Assembly: GCA_963712305.1 (NCBI GenBank)
Contig: CAVQHI010000001.1
Span: 1,077,383-1,141,382 of the forward strand
Direction of reading: 5' to 3'
DNA: 64,000 nt
Source: an uncultured bacterium
Lineage (GTDB): Bacteria; Bacteroidota; Rhodothermia; Balneolales; DATFMH01
Below are positions 40,011-49,456 of the stretch, in pieces. Made by a program: the position numbers and the translations under genes. Each line of letters starts with the position of its first letter. Positions within the stretch are counted from its first letter, which is position 1. The notes below the pieces were generated by a model that saw nothing but the letters and a program-made list of their open reading frames with translations, was not told where the DNA came from and made no database searches.

Positions 40011-40045
40011 GTATTCACGCTTACGTGAATACTCGTATTTCATTT
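40011..40045 (+). terminator. possible terminator hairpin
   Basis: Perfect 9-bp stem GTATTCACG / CGTGAATAC with loop CTTA, followed by a moderately T-rich tail. Confidence 0.5.
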
Positions 40046-40214
40046 GCTGTAATCTATTACTAATCTTACTTCTACACTGGGAAATTGAACCGGTGTGACA
40101 GCTTCGGATGGATGCACGTCCCAGCAAAATAATTCAGTAATTTAACTATAAGGCGCTATTCATTTCAGATATTAGATGTCTGGATGCCGATCTAACATTA
40201 CCCCCTTTATTACC

Positions 40215-41477
40215 ATGAGAACTCTTGCCAAAAGATTCAATTCAAGAATTTTAGTTTTCGCCTTATTCATTACAACTGTTTCAGCAACTCAGGTCTTCTC
40301 GCAGGATACATCGATCGATTTACGGAACTGGGGAATTGGCCTTAATACCGGATTCGCCTTGTCCAGCATGAATGTAAAAACAAAGGCACTGCCTTTTTAT
40401 GGTTTCCACCTTCGCTACTCGGCGAATCCAACTCTTGCAATTACGGGTAACTTTGATTTTGGACGCTTTGAGAGTGCTAAAGGTGCCCGTGGCCAATATG
40501 CCTATCACTTCACTAACAATTACTTTCAATATTACCTGGCTACGCAAACCAATATTTTCCGCCTTCTCAGTATGAATGAAATTGCAAAAACAATGAGTTG
40601 GTTTGTCGAGATAGGCGCCGGACAGATTTACAGTGATGTCAAAACTTCCATCAATAGATCAGTACCGGGAGCCAGCAAATATCAAGGTACTGACGGAAAT
40701 TATCTTACTACTTTTGTCACATTAGGAAATGGATTTCGATTCAATATAAGTCCACGGTTTGATTTTGACCTGGGGTATCACTTTTTCTATACAAATAGCG
40801 GGTATCTCGATGGATACATTTCTCCAGGCCACTTGGTTAACAAAGATTATTATCACTACCTCCAGGCTGGAATTACTATCAAACTTGGCAAAAAATCCCT
40901 TGGTGATGCTGACTGGGTTCGCCGTGAAACACTCATTTCTGAACATTTCAGGAATCTCAATGACCGCATTGATAACCTCTCTGATGAAATGGGTGAGTTG
41001 CGACATGTGATCAGTGCCAATGTCGACTCGATTAAAGCTAATCATCAGCAAATTGCGCAACTGTCTGATAGCGTCGGCAAGCTCAGCAAGAAAGTACACC
41101 TGAAGAGAATGGCGCATGGTTTTGGCATCGATTTCGACACTAGCATCTTGTTCAATTTCAATTCATCAAAATTGCAGCCGCAAGCTGTCGTTTTATTGAG
41201 AAATTTGACAACAACCCTCCAAAAAAACCCTGAAATAAATGTCATCGTCTCAGGCTACGCCGACTCTATAGGATCGAACGAATACAACCAGAATCTTTCC
41301 AAACGCAGAGCCTGGAGTGTTGCAAACTATTTCAAAAACCATGGCATCCAGGCTGATCGGGTAACTGTTGATGCCTTTGGGGAGAAAGAACCGGTGGATT
41401 CGAACAGGGATTTAGGCGGACGCATTGAAAATAGACGTGTAGTTATTACATTGGTAGAACCTGATAATCATCAATGA
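40215..41477 (+). CDS. OmpA family outer-membrane protein (N-terminal barrel, coiled coil, C-terminal OmpA domain)
   Basis: Signal peptide ...SATQVFS-Q. The C-terminal peptidoglycan-binding region reads SGYADSIGSNEYNQNLSKRRAWSVANY...ENRRVVI. Confidence 0.85.
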   Translation: MRTLAKRFNSRILVFALFITTVSATQVFSQDTSIDLRNWGIGLNTGFALSSMNVKTKALPFYGFHLRYSANPTLAITGNFDFGRFESAKGARGQYAYHFTNNYFQYYLATQTNIFRLLSMNEIAKTMSWFVEIGAGQIYSDVKTSINRSVPGASKYQGTDGNYLTTFVTLGNGFRFNISPRFDFDLGYHFFYTNSGYLDGYISPGHLVNKDYYHYLQAGITIKLGKKSLGDADWVRRETLISEHFRNLNDRIDNLSDEMGELRHVISANVDSIKANHQQIAQLSDSVGKLSKKVHLKRMAHGFGIDFDTSILFNFNSSKLQPQAVVLLRNLTTTLQKNPEINVIVSGYADSIGSNEYNQNLSKRRAWSVANYFKNHGIQADRVTVDAFGEKEPVDSNRDLGGRIENRRVVITLVEPDNHQ

Positions 41478-41507
41478 GGCTATTTTCGATAATGAATCGA
41501 TGCTGCT

Positions 41508-41960
41508 ATGAACAAAAATAATATTATTCTGTGGCCGGCTGTTTTGCTAGTAATGGCCGTTTTTTTGTACACGGGTTGCTCTGGCAGCCAAAATGTTTCT
41601 CATAGTGGAGGAAAAACACGTCTTTACCATGCAAGCCTGGATACTGTCATTAATACAGCCAGAGATGCTGCAAGCGACGCAGCCTTTGATGTTCAAAGCG
41701 GTGTCTGGAATAACGACAACAAATTCACCTTTACCATGGTGAAACGTAATCTTGCACAAAATGCCGACGGTGCGATACAGACCTACCAGTTTCATTTGAT
41801 CGTTGAGAATAAAGGCGATAACACAGTTCTCGTAACATATGATGAAGGGATGCATCCTCTCGGCTACTCGGTTACAGTTGATCCATCTCTTGGTTACCGC
41901 AGACAATATTTTGCGGCACTTGATGCACGTATGAAAAATATAGCCGGTGCAGTACAATAA
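41508..41960 (+). CDS. hypothetical lipoprotein
   Basis: Signal peptide with a lipobox-like FLYTGC. No family recognised. Confidence 0.4.
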   Translation: MNKNNIILWPAVLLVMAVFLYTGCSGSQNVSHSGGKTRLYHASLDTVINTARDAASDAAFDVQSGVWNNDNKFTFTMVKRNLAQNADGAIQTYQFHLIVENKGDNTVLVTYDEGMHPLGYSVTVDPSLGYRRQYFAALDARMKNIAGAVQ

Positions 41961-42070
41961 TTTGACCACTTTTGGTGAATCCGGAGCTTTTCTATTTTCT
42001 GACGTTGTGATATAGTACAAAATGCATTAATGTTACGGCGCACATTGAGTTTGAAATCAACATCAATTTC

Positions 42071-43081
42071 ATGAAGATACTTGTAACGGGCGGCGCCGGA
42101 TTCATCGGAAGTCATACCTGTGTTCAATTACTTGAAGCAGGATATGAGGTTATCGTCGTTGATAATCTTATCAATAGCAAAGAAGAATCCATAAGACGAG
42201 TCCAGGATATCACCGGCAAGAACCTGGAATTCCAAAAAGTCGATTTACTGGATCGTGATCAGCTTGACCAGATTTTCAGTGATAATAAAATTGATTCGGT
42301 TATCCACTTTGCCGGACTCAAAGCCGTCGGAGAATCAGTATCCATTCCGCTTCGATATTATCACAATAACATCACAGGAACACTTATCCTTTGTGACGTG
42401 ATGGCAGCTCACGGTGTCAAAAACATCGTATTCAGTTCTTCAGCTACTGTATATGGCGATCCTGCCTCTGTTCCTATCACAGAAGATTTTCCTTTGTCGG
42501 CAACCAATCCGTACGGCCGGACCAAACTTTTTATCGAGGAAATTTTAAAGGATTTGTGGAAAAGCGATCATTCCTGGAATATCGCGCTCCTTCGGTATTT
42601 CAACCCGGTCGGGGCACATGAAAGCGGACGTATCGGTGAAGATCCGGCTGGGATTCCAAACAACCTGATGCCGTATATTTCACAGGTTGCGATTGGAAAA
42701 CGTGATCGGCTCTCTGTTTTCGGCAACGATTATCCTACTCATGATGGTACCGGTGTTCGCGATTATATCCATGTGAGAGACCTTGCAAATGGACATTTGA
42801 AAGCACTCGAAAAACTGGTGGAAAACCCTGGTATCGTCACCTATAACCTGGGGACCGGTCACGGTTACAGTGTACTTGATGTTATAAAGGCTTTTGAAAA
42901 AGCATCCGGCAGAAAAGTATCCTATGAGATAGTTGACCGACGGCCTGGTGACGTTGCGCAGTGTTATGCCGATCCCGCAAAAGCAGAAAAGGAACTCGGA
43001 TGGAAAGCCACACGAGGCATTGAACAAATGTGTGCCGATACATGGCGCTGGCAATCAAACAATCCAAACGGATTCGAATAG
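42071..43081 (+). CDS. galE: UDP-glucose 4-epimerase
   Basis: GGAGFIGSH, the YGRTK (YxxxK) catalytic motif, and GalE-like sequence over the full length. Confidence 0.95.
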   Translation: MKILVTGGAGFIGSHTCVQLLEAGYEVIVVDNLINSKEESIRRVQDITGKNLEFQKVDLLDRDQLDQIFSDNKIDSVIHFAGLKAVGESVSIPLRYYHNNITGTLILCDVMAAHGVKNIVFSSSATVYGDPASVPITEDFPLSATNPYGRTKLFIEEILKDLWKSDHSWNIALLRYFNPVGAHESGRIGEDPAGIPNNLMPYISQVAIGKRDRLSVFGNDYPTHDGTGVRDYIHVRDLANGHLKALEKLVENPGIVTYNLGTGHGYSVLDVIKAFEKASGRKVSYEIVDRRPGDVAQCYADPAKAEKELGWKATRGIEQMCADTWRWQSNNPNGFE

Positions 43082-43123
43082 AGACCACTTTTTTTACTTC
43101 CAATCCTAAAAACTGGTATTGCT

Positions 43124-43348
43124 ATGGAACAAAAAGTCCTTTTTGAACTTGCTCAAAAAGTTAAAGATCTCTGCATCAAGGCGGTCAGTGAAGGATTTGA
43201 AGAAGCCGGTATTTCAGGTTTGTGCCGTGAAGGAGCAATCGAATATGCCACAGACAGCGCACGGTCCTTAGACATTGATAAGATCCTGACAACTTTTTTG
43301 AGTGCCCATCCGGAACTCCTGGGTCCTGAAAAACAGAACTCAAAGTGA
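43124..43348 (+). CDS. hypothetical protein (74 aa)
   Basis: This ORF is coupled to the next gene through a GTGA overlap. No family recognised. Confidence 0.4.
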   Translation: MEQKVLFELAQKVKDLCIKAVSEGFEEAGISGLCREGAIEYATDSARSLDIDKILTTFLSAHPELLGPEKQNSK

Positions 43349-43557
43349 TTCGTAAGGTCATCGGATTTCATAAAGATGAAGAAGATGATTGGGTTGCCGA
43401 CCTGGACTGCGGACACACCCGGCATGTCCGGCATAATCCACCTTGGATGATCAGAGAATGGGTTATAACAGAAAAAGGCCGACGCCAACATCTGGGCATG
43501 GAGCTCAATTGCAAAAAATGTGACGAAGAACCCACCGAAAAATCCATCGTACTATAA
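43345..43557 (+). CDS. DUF3565 domain protein
   Basis: GFHKDEEDDWVADLDCGHTRHVRHNPPW...ELNCKKC matches my recollection of the DUF3565 pattern (Cys/His zinc-like ligands). Confidence 0.55.
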   Translation: MIRKVIGFHKDEEDDWVADLDCGHTRHVRHNPPWMIREWVITEKGRRQHLGMELNCKKCDEEPTEKSIVL

Positions 43558-43618
43558 TAATTGTACGATCAATAAGTTTTGATATCTATTATATTACTAC
43601 TTGACCAATAAGTTATTT

Positions 43619-44212
43619 ATGAATGAATTCATTCGAAAGAACAGAAAAAAAATCATTGAATGGAGCCTATGGATAGGTATTCCTCTTATTCTTTACACTA
43701 CCGGCTGGTACACAGAGGTGATTGGAAGATTGCAGCAAGTCATTCTTTATTCCGGACTTTTCCAGGCTCATCCTGTTGAGAATGTGTCCAGTCAGCCGCC
43801 GGCTGATTTAAATATGGCTATGGTTTCCATGAGCGGGGATCAGGTCAATCTTCAGCAGTTTCGCGGGAAAGTGATATTCATCAATTTCTGGGCAAGTTGG
43901 TGTCCGCCGTGTGTTGCTGAAATGCCAACGATATTGAAACTTAGCAAAGAGATATCTGATCCTAATGTCCAATTTATACTGCTAAATCTTGATCAGGATC
44001 GCCAAAAGGCCAAAGATTTCATTAAACGCAAAGAGATAACCTTACCCGTCTACCAACCCATGAGCCGTATCCCTGCTGAACTTTCATCATCAACCATTCC
44101 GGCTACATTCATTATCGACAAATCCGGGAGAATTGCTTTGCGTCGAAAGGGAATGGCTGAATATGATACTAAAGCAATTCGTTCATTACTCCAAAAGCTG
44201 GCGGATAAATAG
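43619..44212 (+). CDS. TlpA-family thiol:disulfide oxidoreductase
   Basis: N-terminal TM anchor and a thioredoxin fold with the WASWCPPC active site. Confidence 0.85.
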   Translation: MNEFIRKNRKKIIEWSLWIGIPLILYTTGWYTEVIGRLQQVILYSGLFQAHPVENVSSQPPADLNMAMVSMSGDQVNLQQFRGKVIFINFWASWCPPCVAEMPTILKLSKEISDPNVQFILLNLDQDRQKAKDFIKRKEITLPVYQPMSRIPAELSSSTIPATFIIDKSGRIALRRKGMAEYDTKAIRSLLQKLADK

Positions 44213-44362
44213 CATAACAAATCCACATCCCCTCTATCCCCGAAGATGAATAATTTGTAAAGATTATAATTTTTACGTGAGTTCGAAGTGATAGATGAGC
44301 ACTTACACGCATTATCATCTCAAAAGTGTACGCCGCTTAAAACGCGTTATTAAGAGACTACG

Positions 44363-44569
44363 TTAATTACCTCGGGAACTGACCAGGACAACTATACCTA
44401 AAATGAATACACTGCCTGAGATAACAAGCGGCCAGATCGAGGCGCTTTGAATGGTTACGGTTGATCCCAGGGCATGTACGCTGCTTGAATTATTTATGTA
44501 ATGGTAGCCTGTAATTAATACAGCTATCAAGCCACCAATAGAAAATATTGATCCTATTACTTTCTTCAT
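44363..44569 (-). CDS. hypothetical small membrane protein (68 aa, 2 TM)
   Basis: Two hydrophobic helices. It lies directly downstream of the lmo0937-like micro-ORF. Confidence 0.4.
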   Translation of the reverse strand: MKKVIGSIFSIGGLIAVLITGYHYINNSSSVHALGSTVTIQSASIWPLVISGSVFILGIVVLVSSRGN

Positions 44570-44619
44570 TGTAGAGTATGAGGGGTTTGTGAATTATTAA
44601 AAAAATGGGATTCGTACAC

Positions 44620-44769
44620 CTATACAGGTCTTCTTCCTTGTATGACACGAATAACGACTACAACAAGAGCGATAATCAGCAAGATGTGTATGAATCCTCC
44701 CATGGTATATCCGGATATAAATCCCAATAACCATAAAATCAGCAGGATCACAAAGATTGTCCAAAGCAT
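44620..44769 (-). CDS. lmo0937 family small membrane protein (49 aa; below the ORF-track cutoff)
   Basis: My own translation gives MLWTIFVILLILWLLGFISGYTMGGFIHILLIIALVVVVIRVIQGRRPV*, which matches the widespread lmo0937-type pattern. Confidence 0.7.
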   Translation of the reverse strand: MLWTIFVILLILWLLGFISGYTMGGFIHILLIIALVVVVIRVIQGRRPV

Positions 44770-45171
44770 CGTGGTCTCCATTAAAATGTGTTAGATAAAC
44801 GAATAGCTATCTGACTTATCTAACAGGTGTTCAAAAGTTATTGATATTGTTAACCCACGAATGATTTATGAAGAAACGATTTTTCCTTTAAAAAACAAAC
44901 AATTACCGGATTAATAAAACCTAATTTTGGGAGATAGTTATCATTTGCACTCCGTTATAATAACATTTTTCAAAAATTACAGACTCTTATATCCAAAAGT
45001 TATTAAGTACTGTCGTTTGATGCTGATGTACTCATACGTTCTTTTGATAGCCGAAAATGGCAAAAAAAATTGCACCTGACCCGTCATTTGTTCATTTTGT
45101 AAAAAAGGCTGGACATCGATTACCTGTCATAAAATTCCTGCTTTTTCAGACATAGGAGGTGATTGAGTTCT

Positions 45172-46683
45172 ATGGATGCCAATCTGCAAATCAAGGCCCA
45201 GCCTACCGTCATAGGATCGATATCCGATTTCACTTATAAGTGGTGTATTAACGCTGATTTCAGTGAAGATGACGCTGTGCGCCTGACTCTCGCTGTCACC
45301 GAGCTGGTTACGGATATCGTATTATTCGCATTTCCCGACGACGAGGGAGGAGAATTCCAGATTTCTTTTCACCATGGCTTGTCAAACGCAATAATCACGA
45401 TTCACGAACTTGGTGAACCGTTTGATCCTGATCGTCACATCTACAATCGCGATAAAGCTGTTCAGGAATCGAATTTTGACGGCGCAGGACTCGAACTTGT
45501 TCGTCATCTGGTTGATGATTTTCAATTTATTAACCTGGGCAAAGCAGGAAAGCAATTCAGGCTGGAGAAATGCATTACAGCTCCGCCAGCCGTCGATCTG
45601 TTCACTGACGAGCCGGTGCAAGTGAAGATCGAAGAACCCATCGAGGGACTGTATACAGTAAAACCGCTCACCCTTGATGACGCTGAGGACGTCGCAAAGC
45701 TGATCTACAGAACTTATGGATATTCGTATCCTCACGATGATCTTTATTACCCGCACAGAATAGAACAGTCGCTGGCACGAAAGGATAAATTCGGAGTGAT
45801 CGTCCATGATCAAAACGGAGAACCTGTTGGATATTTTGCCGTGATCCGTTCTACTAATTCGGCAATCGGTGAAGTTGGGGAGGCAGTCGTTGCCCCACGT
45901 CACCGCCGTCGAGGCATTATGACAAAAATGCTTGATGCGTTGATTTCACTGTCAAAGGATAATAATATCCTTGGCCTTTTTGGATTGGCGGTCACCGTCC
46001 ATGATATCAGCCAGCGCGTTAACCTGAAAATGGGGTTTACAACGACAGCCCTGCTGCTAGCCGAATCACCTGTCATTCGTTATAAAGAAATTAACGAACA
46101 TTATCCCCAGCCTATTTCTGAAATAGTTGATTACCTGCTACTGCAGGATGTTCCCAAAAAGCACATATATGTTCCTCCTGTTTATCAAAAACTGTTTTCC
46201 AGAATTTATAAGGAGTTGGATCTGCCAATTGCTTTTTGTCCTGTACCTGCAATTGATATGAACCCTGTCAAATCTGATATTGAACTATTGGTCAGTTTTG
46301 AGGACCGGCACGCTACGATCGTAATTCGAAAATTTGGCCAGGACTTTCCAGACATAATAACTGAAGCGGTACTCAACCTTCACAAAAACGAACTGAACGT
46401 CCTGTATGTCGATCTGCCATTACATGATTCTGCTACTCCGGGCTTTGCGTCCCGGTTGCAACGCGCGGGTTTTGTACTTTCGGGATTACTGCCTCTCTTT
46501 CATCACGAGCATGATTATTTACGCATGCAGCGTGTTATGATCCCTATTGATCTCTCACTGCTCAACATTCAGTCCGAGATAGGTCAATGTATTATCAAAA
46601 TCATAAGTCAGGAATTGAAATGGAATTTCAAAGAAACAACAATAAACTCACAGTCAGACCAATCCGCGACTTCAATTTGCTGA
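45172..46683 (+). CDS. RsbW-like HATPase (anti-sigma regulatory kinase) fused to a GNAT acetyltransferase and a ~200-aa C-terminal domain
   Basis: AGGAGGTGAT lies 8 nt upstream of the ATG at 45172. The N-terminus reads LAVTELVTDIV...GAGLELVRHLVDDF (HATPase_c_2-like). The middle section reads GYFAVIRS...VVAPRHRRRGIMTKMLDAL (GNAT acetyl-CoA loop). Confidence 0.65.
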   Translation: MDANLQIKAQPTVIGSISDFTYKWCINADFSEDDAVRLTLAVTELVTDIVLFAFPDDEGGEFQISFHHGLSNAIITIHELGEPFDPDRHIYNRDKAVQESNFDGAGLELVRHLVDDFQFINLGKAGKQFRLEKCITAPPAVDLFTDEPVQVKIEEPIEGLYTVKPLTLDDAEDVAKLIYRTYGYSYPHDDLYYPHRIEQSLARKDKFGVIVHDQNGEPVGYFAVIRSTNSAIGEVGEAVVAPRHRRRGIMTKMLDALISLSKDNNILGLFGLAVTVHDISQRVNLKMGFTTTALLLAESPVIRYKEINEHYPQPISEIVDYLLLQDVPKKHIYVPPVYQKLFSRIYKELDLPIAFCPVPAIDMNPVKSDIELLVSFEDRHATIVIRKFGQDFPDIITEAVLNLHKNELNVLYVDLPLHDSATPGFASRLQRAGFVLSGLLPLFHHEHDYLRMQRVMIPIDLSLLNIQSEIGQCIIKIISQELKWNFKETTINSQSDQSATSIC

Positions 46684-46979
46684 CTGTTCGATCCATTCGA
46701 CCTCGTATGAGTGGTATAACACACATGGTTGTCGACTTACGCCGGTCTAAAATCGTTGACAGCGAGGCATTGATATACCTGTTTAATCTCAGCAAAAGCG
46801 GTGTTGATATTACGCTACTGCAACCGCCTCCTGTCTATTTTGAGGCGTTACGCATTCTTGAACTGGATCGGGACCCTGTCTTTCGACGCATTAATGTAAT
46901 ACGACGAAAAAAGGCGAAAGTCAGCCGCATTAGAATCAGAAATCAATCTACCGATATTGATGAAGTTTCATCAAAATGA
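46620..46979 (+). CDS. STAS-domain anti-sigma-factor antagonist-like protein
   Basis: LTVRPIRDFNLLTVRSIRPRM...HMVVDLRRSKIVDSEALIYLFNL fits the STAS pattern. The ORF overlaps the upstream gene by 64 nt. Confidence 0.55.
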   Translation: MEFQRNNNKLTVRPIRDFNLLTVRSIRPRMSGITHMVVDLRRSKIVDSEALIYLFNLSKSGVDITLLQPPPVYFEALRILELDRDPVFRRINVIRRKKAKVSRIRIRNQSTDIDEVSSK

Positions 46980-47012
46980 CCTGGTACTGTTTTCAAAGAA
47001 ACTAAACCGATT

Positions 47013-47621
47013 ATGGAAAATCTACTATCTACAACCGCCATCCCAATCGAGACCAATCGTTCCATTTGGGACCGCGTGTTTACTGTACATCCTCTGGTTG
47101 TCATTGGCACAAAAGATGAATCCGGAGTTTACAATCTGGCTCCAAAACACATGGCCATGCCCCTGGGTTGGCACAACTTCTTTACGTTTGTATGTTGTCC
47201 CGGACATACCACCTATCAAAACATCAAACGTGAACAGGAATTTACGGTGAGTTACCCGCAACCTGGTCACCTTGTACACGCCGCCCTGGCAGCCACTCCA
47301 CGTTGCGAAGATGACCAAAAGCCTGGGTTAGCAAGCTTGGAGCAACTGACTGCAGAAGAAGTGGATGCAACCTTTCTGAAAGATAGTTACCTGTATTTTG
47401 AGTGCCGTCTACATTCAATTCTAGACGACTTTGGCGAAAACAGCCTGATCATAGGACATATTATCGCGGCCTATGCCAACAAAACGGCCCTTCGTTTTCA
47501 TGATCAGGATGATCATGAATTGATCCATAAAAATCCTATCCTCGCCTATCTGAATCCCGGCAGATATACTGTAATATCTTCAAGCCAAAGTTTTCCATTT
47601 CCGAAAGGTTTCAAACGATAG
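47013..47621 (+). CDS. flavin reductase-like (FMN-binding split-barrel) family protein
   Basis: The length and the N-terminal pattern (VVIGTKDESGVYNLAPKHMAMPLG) resemble the flavin reductase domain. Confidence 0.55.
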   Translation: MENLLSTTAIPIETNRSIWDRVFTVHPLVVIGTKDESGVYNLAPKHMAMPLGWHNFFTFVCCPGHTTYQNIKREQEFTVSYPQPGHLVHAALAATPRCEDDQKPGLASLEQLTAEEVDATFLKDSYLYFECRLHSILDDFGENSLIIGHIIAAYANKTALRFHDQDDHELIHKNPILAYLNPGRYTVISSSQSFPFPKGFKR

Positions 47622-47632
47622 TTAACCGACAT

Positions 47633-48838
47633 ATGCAGAGTATCTCACCCCGTAAAATCCTTCGTGCTGCTCATGAAAAGGAAGATCAGTTTCTGGAACT
47701 GTTACAAAACCTTGTTCAGATAGAAACCCCATCAAACAGGCCTGAAACGCAAATACCCCTCTTTAATCTTCTTTCTGATGAATTCCGGAAGCTTCACTTT
47801 ACCGCCAATTTTTTTCCCGGTAAAAGCAGTGGTGGACAATTATTAGTTCGATGTCAAAATCGAAAAAAACATGCGCCTGTTCAGCTTTTAATTGGACATT
47901 GCGATACCGTCTGGCCTGTCGGGACAATCTCTGAAATGCCAATCCATCGCAAGCAAAACAGCTTGTACGGCCCCGGGGTATTTGATATGAAAGCGGGACT
48001 CGCTATGATGGTCATGGCTGTAAAAATCTTACTGGAATTCGATATCAAGCTGGATGTCGAGCCAGTTATACTCATCAATTCTGATGAAGAAATCAGCAGC
48101 AGGGATTCACGGCATATGATTGAGCGGCTGGCAAAAAAGGCTGAACGCGTCTGGGTTATGGAGCCTGCTCTCGGACAGGAGGGTAAGCTTAAGACAGCTC
48201 GCAAAGGTATCGGGGATTTCACCATTGTAATTCACGGGAAATCGGCACATGCAGGTCTTGACCCGGAAAAGGGATCTAACGCGATCCTCGAATTAACATT
48301 TATTATCCAAAAGCTGTATGAAATGAATGATCCTGAACGTGGTGTCACCATTAATGTTGGTACAATTGATGGGGGAATCAGTACCAATATCGTGGCGCCT
48401 GTCAGCAGAGCCCGGGTCGATGTGCGCGTACCTGATGAATTGACTGCACGGGAGATCGAACGGAAAATCAGGAACTTGAAACCATCGAAAAACGGCATCA
48501 AAATTGACGTAACCGGCTCGATCGATCATCCTCCGATGGAGCGTAATGAACGGAATCAACTTTTGTGGAAGCTTGCCAGGAAACAGGGCGAAGTACTTGG
48601 TCTCAATATTGAAGAAACAACTTCGGGAGGTGGCTCCGACGGCAATTTCACAAGCGTGATTACAGCAACTCTGGACGGGTTGGGAGCCGTTGGATCAGGG
48701 GCTCATGCTAAACATGAACACATCGATATCCACCGTACACTTAACCGGATAGCCATGCTCGCCATGCTTCTTTCCCAGCCAACCCAATTTAAACCTGTCC
48801 GGCCCAGCCTGGTGCATCAGGAGGCCGGGGAAAATTAA
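47633..48838 (+). CDS. M20 family metallopeptidase (carboxypeptidase G2-like)
   Basis: GHCDTVWP, GPGVFDMKAG, NSDEEISS, and HGKSAHAG in the dimerisation-domain region. Confidence 0.85.
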   Translation: MQSISPRKILRAAHEKEDQFLELLQNLVQIETPSNRPETQIPLFNLLSDEFRKLHFTANFFPGKSSGGQLLVRCQNRKKHAPVQLLIGHCDTVWPVGTISEMPIHRKQNSLYGPGVFDMKAGLAMMVMAVKILLEFDIKLDVEPVILINSDEEISSRDSRHMIERLAKKAERVWVMEPALGQEGKLKTARKGIGDFTIVIHGKSAHAGLDPEKGSNAILELTFIIQKLYEMNDPERGVTINVGTIDGGISTNIVAPVSRARVDVRVPDELTAREIERKIRNLKPSKNGIKIDVTGSIDHPPMERNERNQLLWKLARKQGEVLGLNIEETTSGGGSDGNFTSVITATLDGLGAVGSGAHAKHEHIDIHRTLNRIAMLAMLLSQPTQFKPVRPSLVHQEAGEN

Positions 48839-48924
48839 TATCAAACGTTTTCAGCAATCTGCAAATTGTCAGATACACAATTATCAGAATATTTACCGAT
48901 CATTACGCAGTTGAATAGCATTCC

Positions 48925-49395
48925 ATGAAAAACGCTACTGATACTATTTCCAGGCTCGAAAAACTTATTATCGACACAATTCCCGTTACACGCCATCTTC
49001 AATTTCATCTTCACCTGGATGAATATGACCAGCCTGTTCTGGAAGTCCCTCTGCTACCGAATATCAACCACCTGGGTACTGCGTTTGGTGGAAGTCTGAG
49101 TATGCTTTGTACCATTGATGGCTGGGGATGCATGTACCTTTTGCTTGAAAAATATAAGCTGGAAGCTGATATCCTGATCCAGAAAAATATAATGACTTTT
49201 CTGTCGCAGGTCGAAGATGATTTTTATGTCGGCTGTAAGCTGCCGGCTCCGGAAGAACTTGATATATTTGTCCGCACATTCAACCGATTTAGAAAAGCGC
49301 GGTTACCCATCACATGTTATGTGCAGGAGAAGAACAAATCAGAAATTGCCGCACAATTTCATGGAGTTTACGCGGCAATCAGGCCCGAAACATGA
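48925..49395 (+). CDS. YiiD C-terminal-like putative thioesterase
   Basis: NHLGTAFGGSLSMLCTIDGWG and the overall ~155-aa hot-dog-like pattern. Confidence 0.5.
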   Translation: MKNATDTISRLEKLIIDTIPVTRHLQFHLHLDEYDQPVLEVPLLPNINHLGTAFGGSLSMLCTIDGWGCMYLLLEKYKLEADILIQKNIMTFLSQVEDDFYVGCKLPAPEELDIFVRTFNRFRKARLPITCYVQEKNKSEIAAQFHGVYAAIRPET

Positions 49396-49456
49396 AACGA
49401 GCAGAGATGCTATCCCTGCTCATTTCATTGTTGTCACTGTAATAGCCACCATTCGG

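Noticed and set aside
49399-49421. Hairpin GAGCAG-N11-CTGCTC between the convergent thioesterase and FadL genes as a bidirectional terminator
   Set aside because: The stem is only 6 bp with a large loop and weak flanking T/A runs. That is too weak to call.
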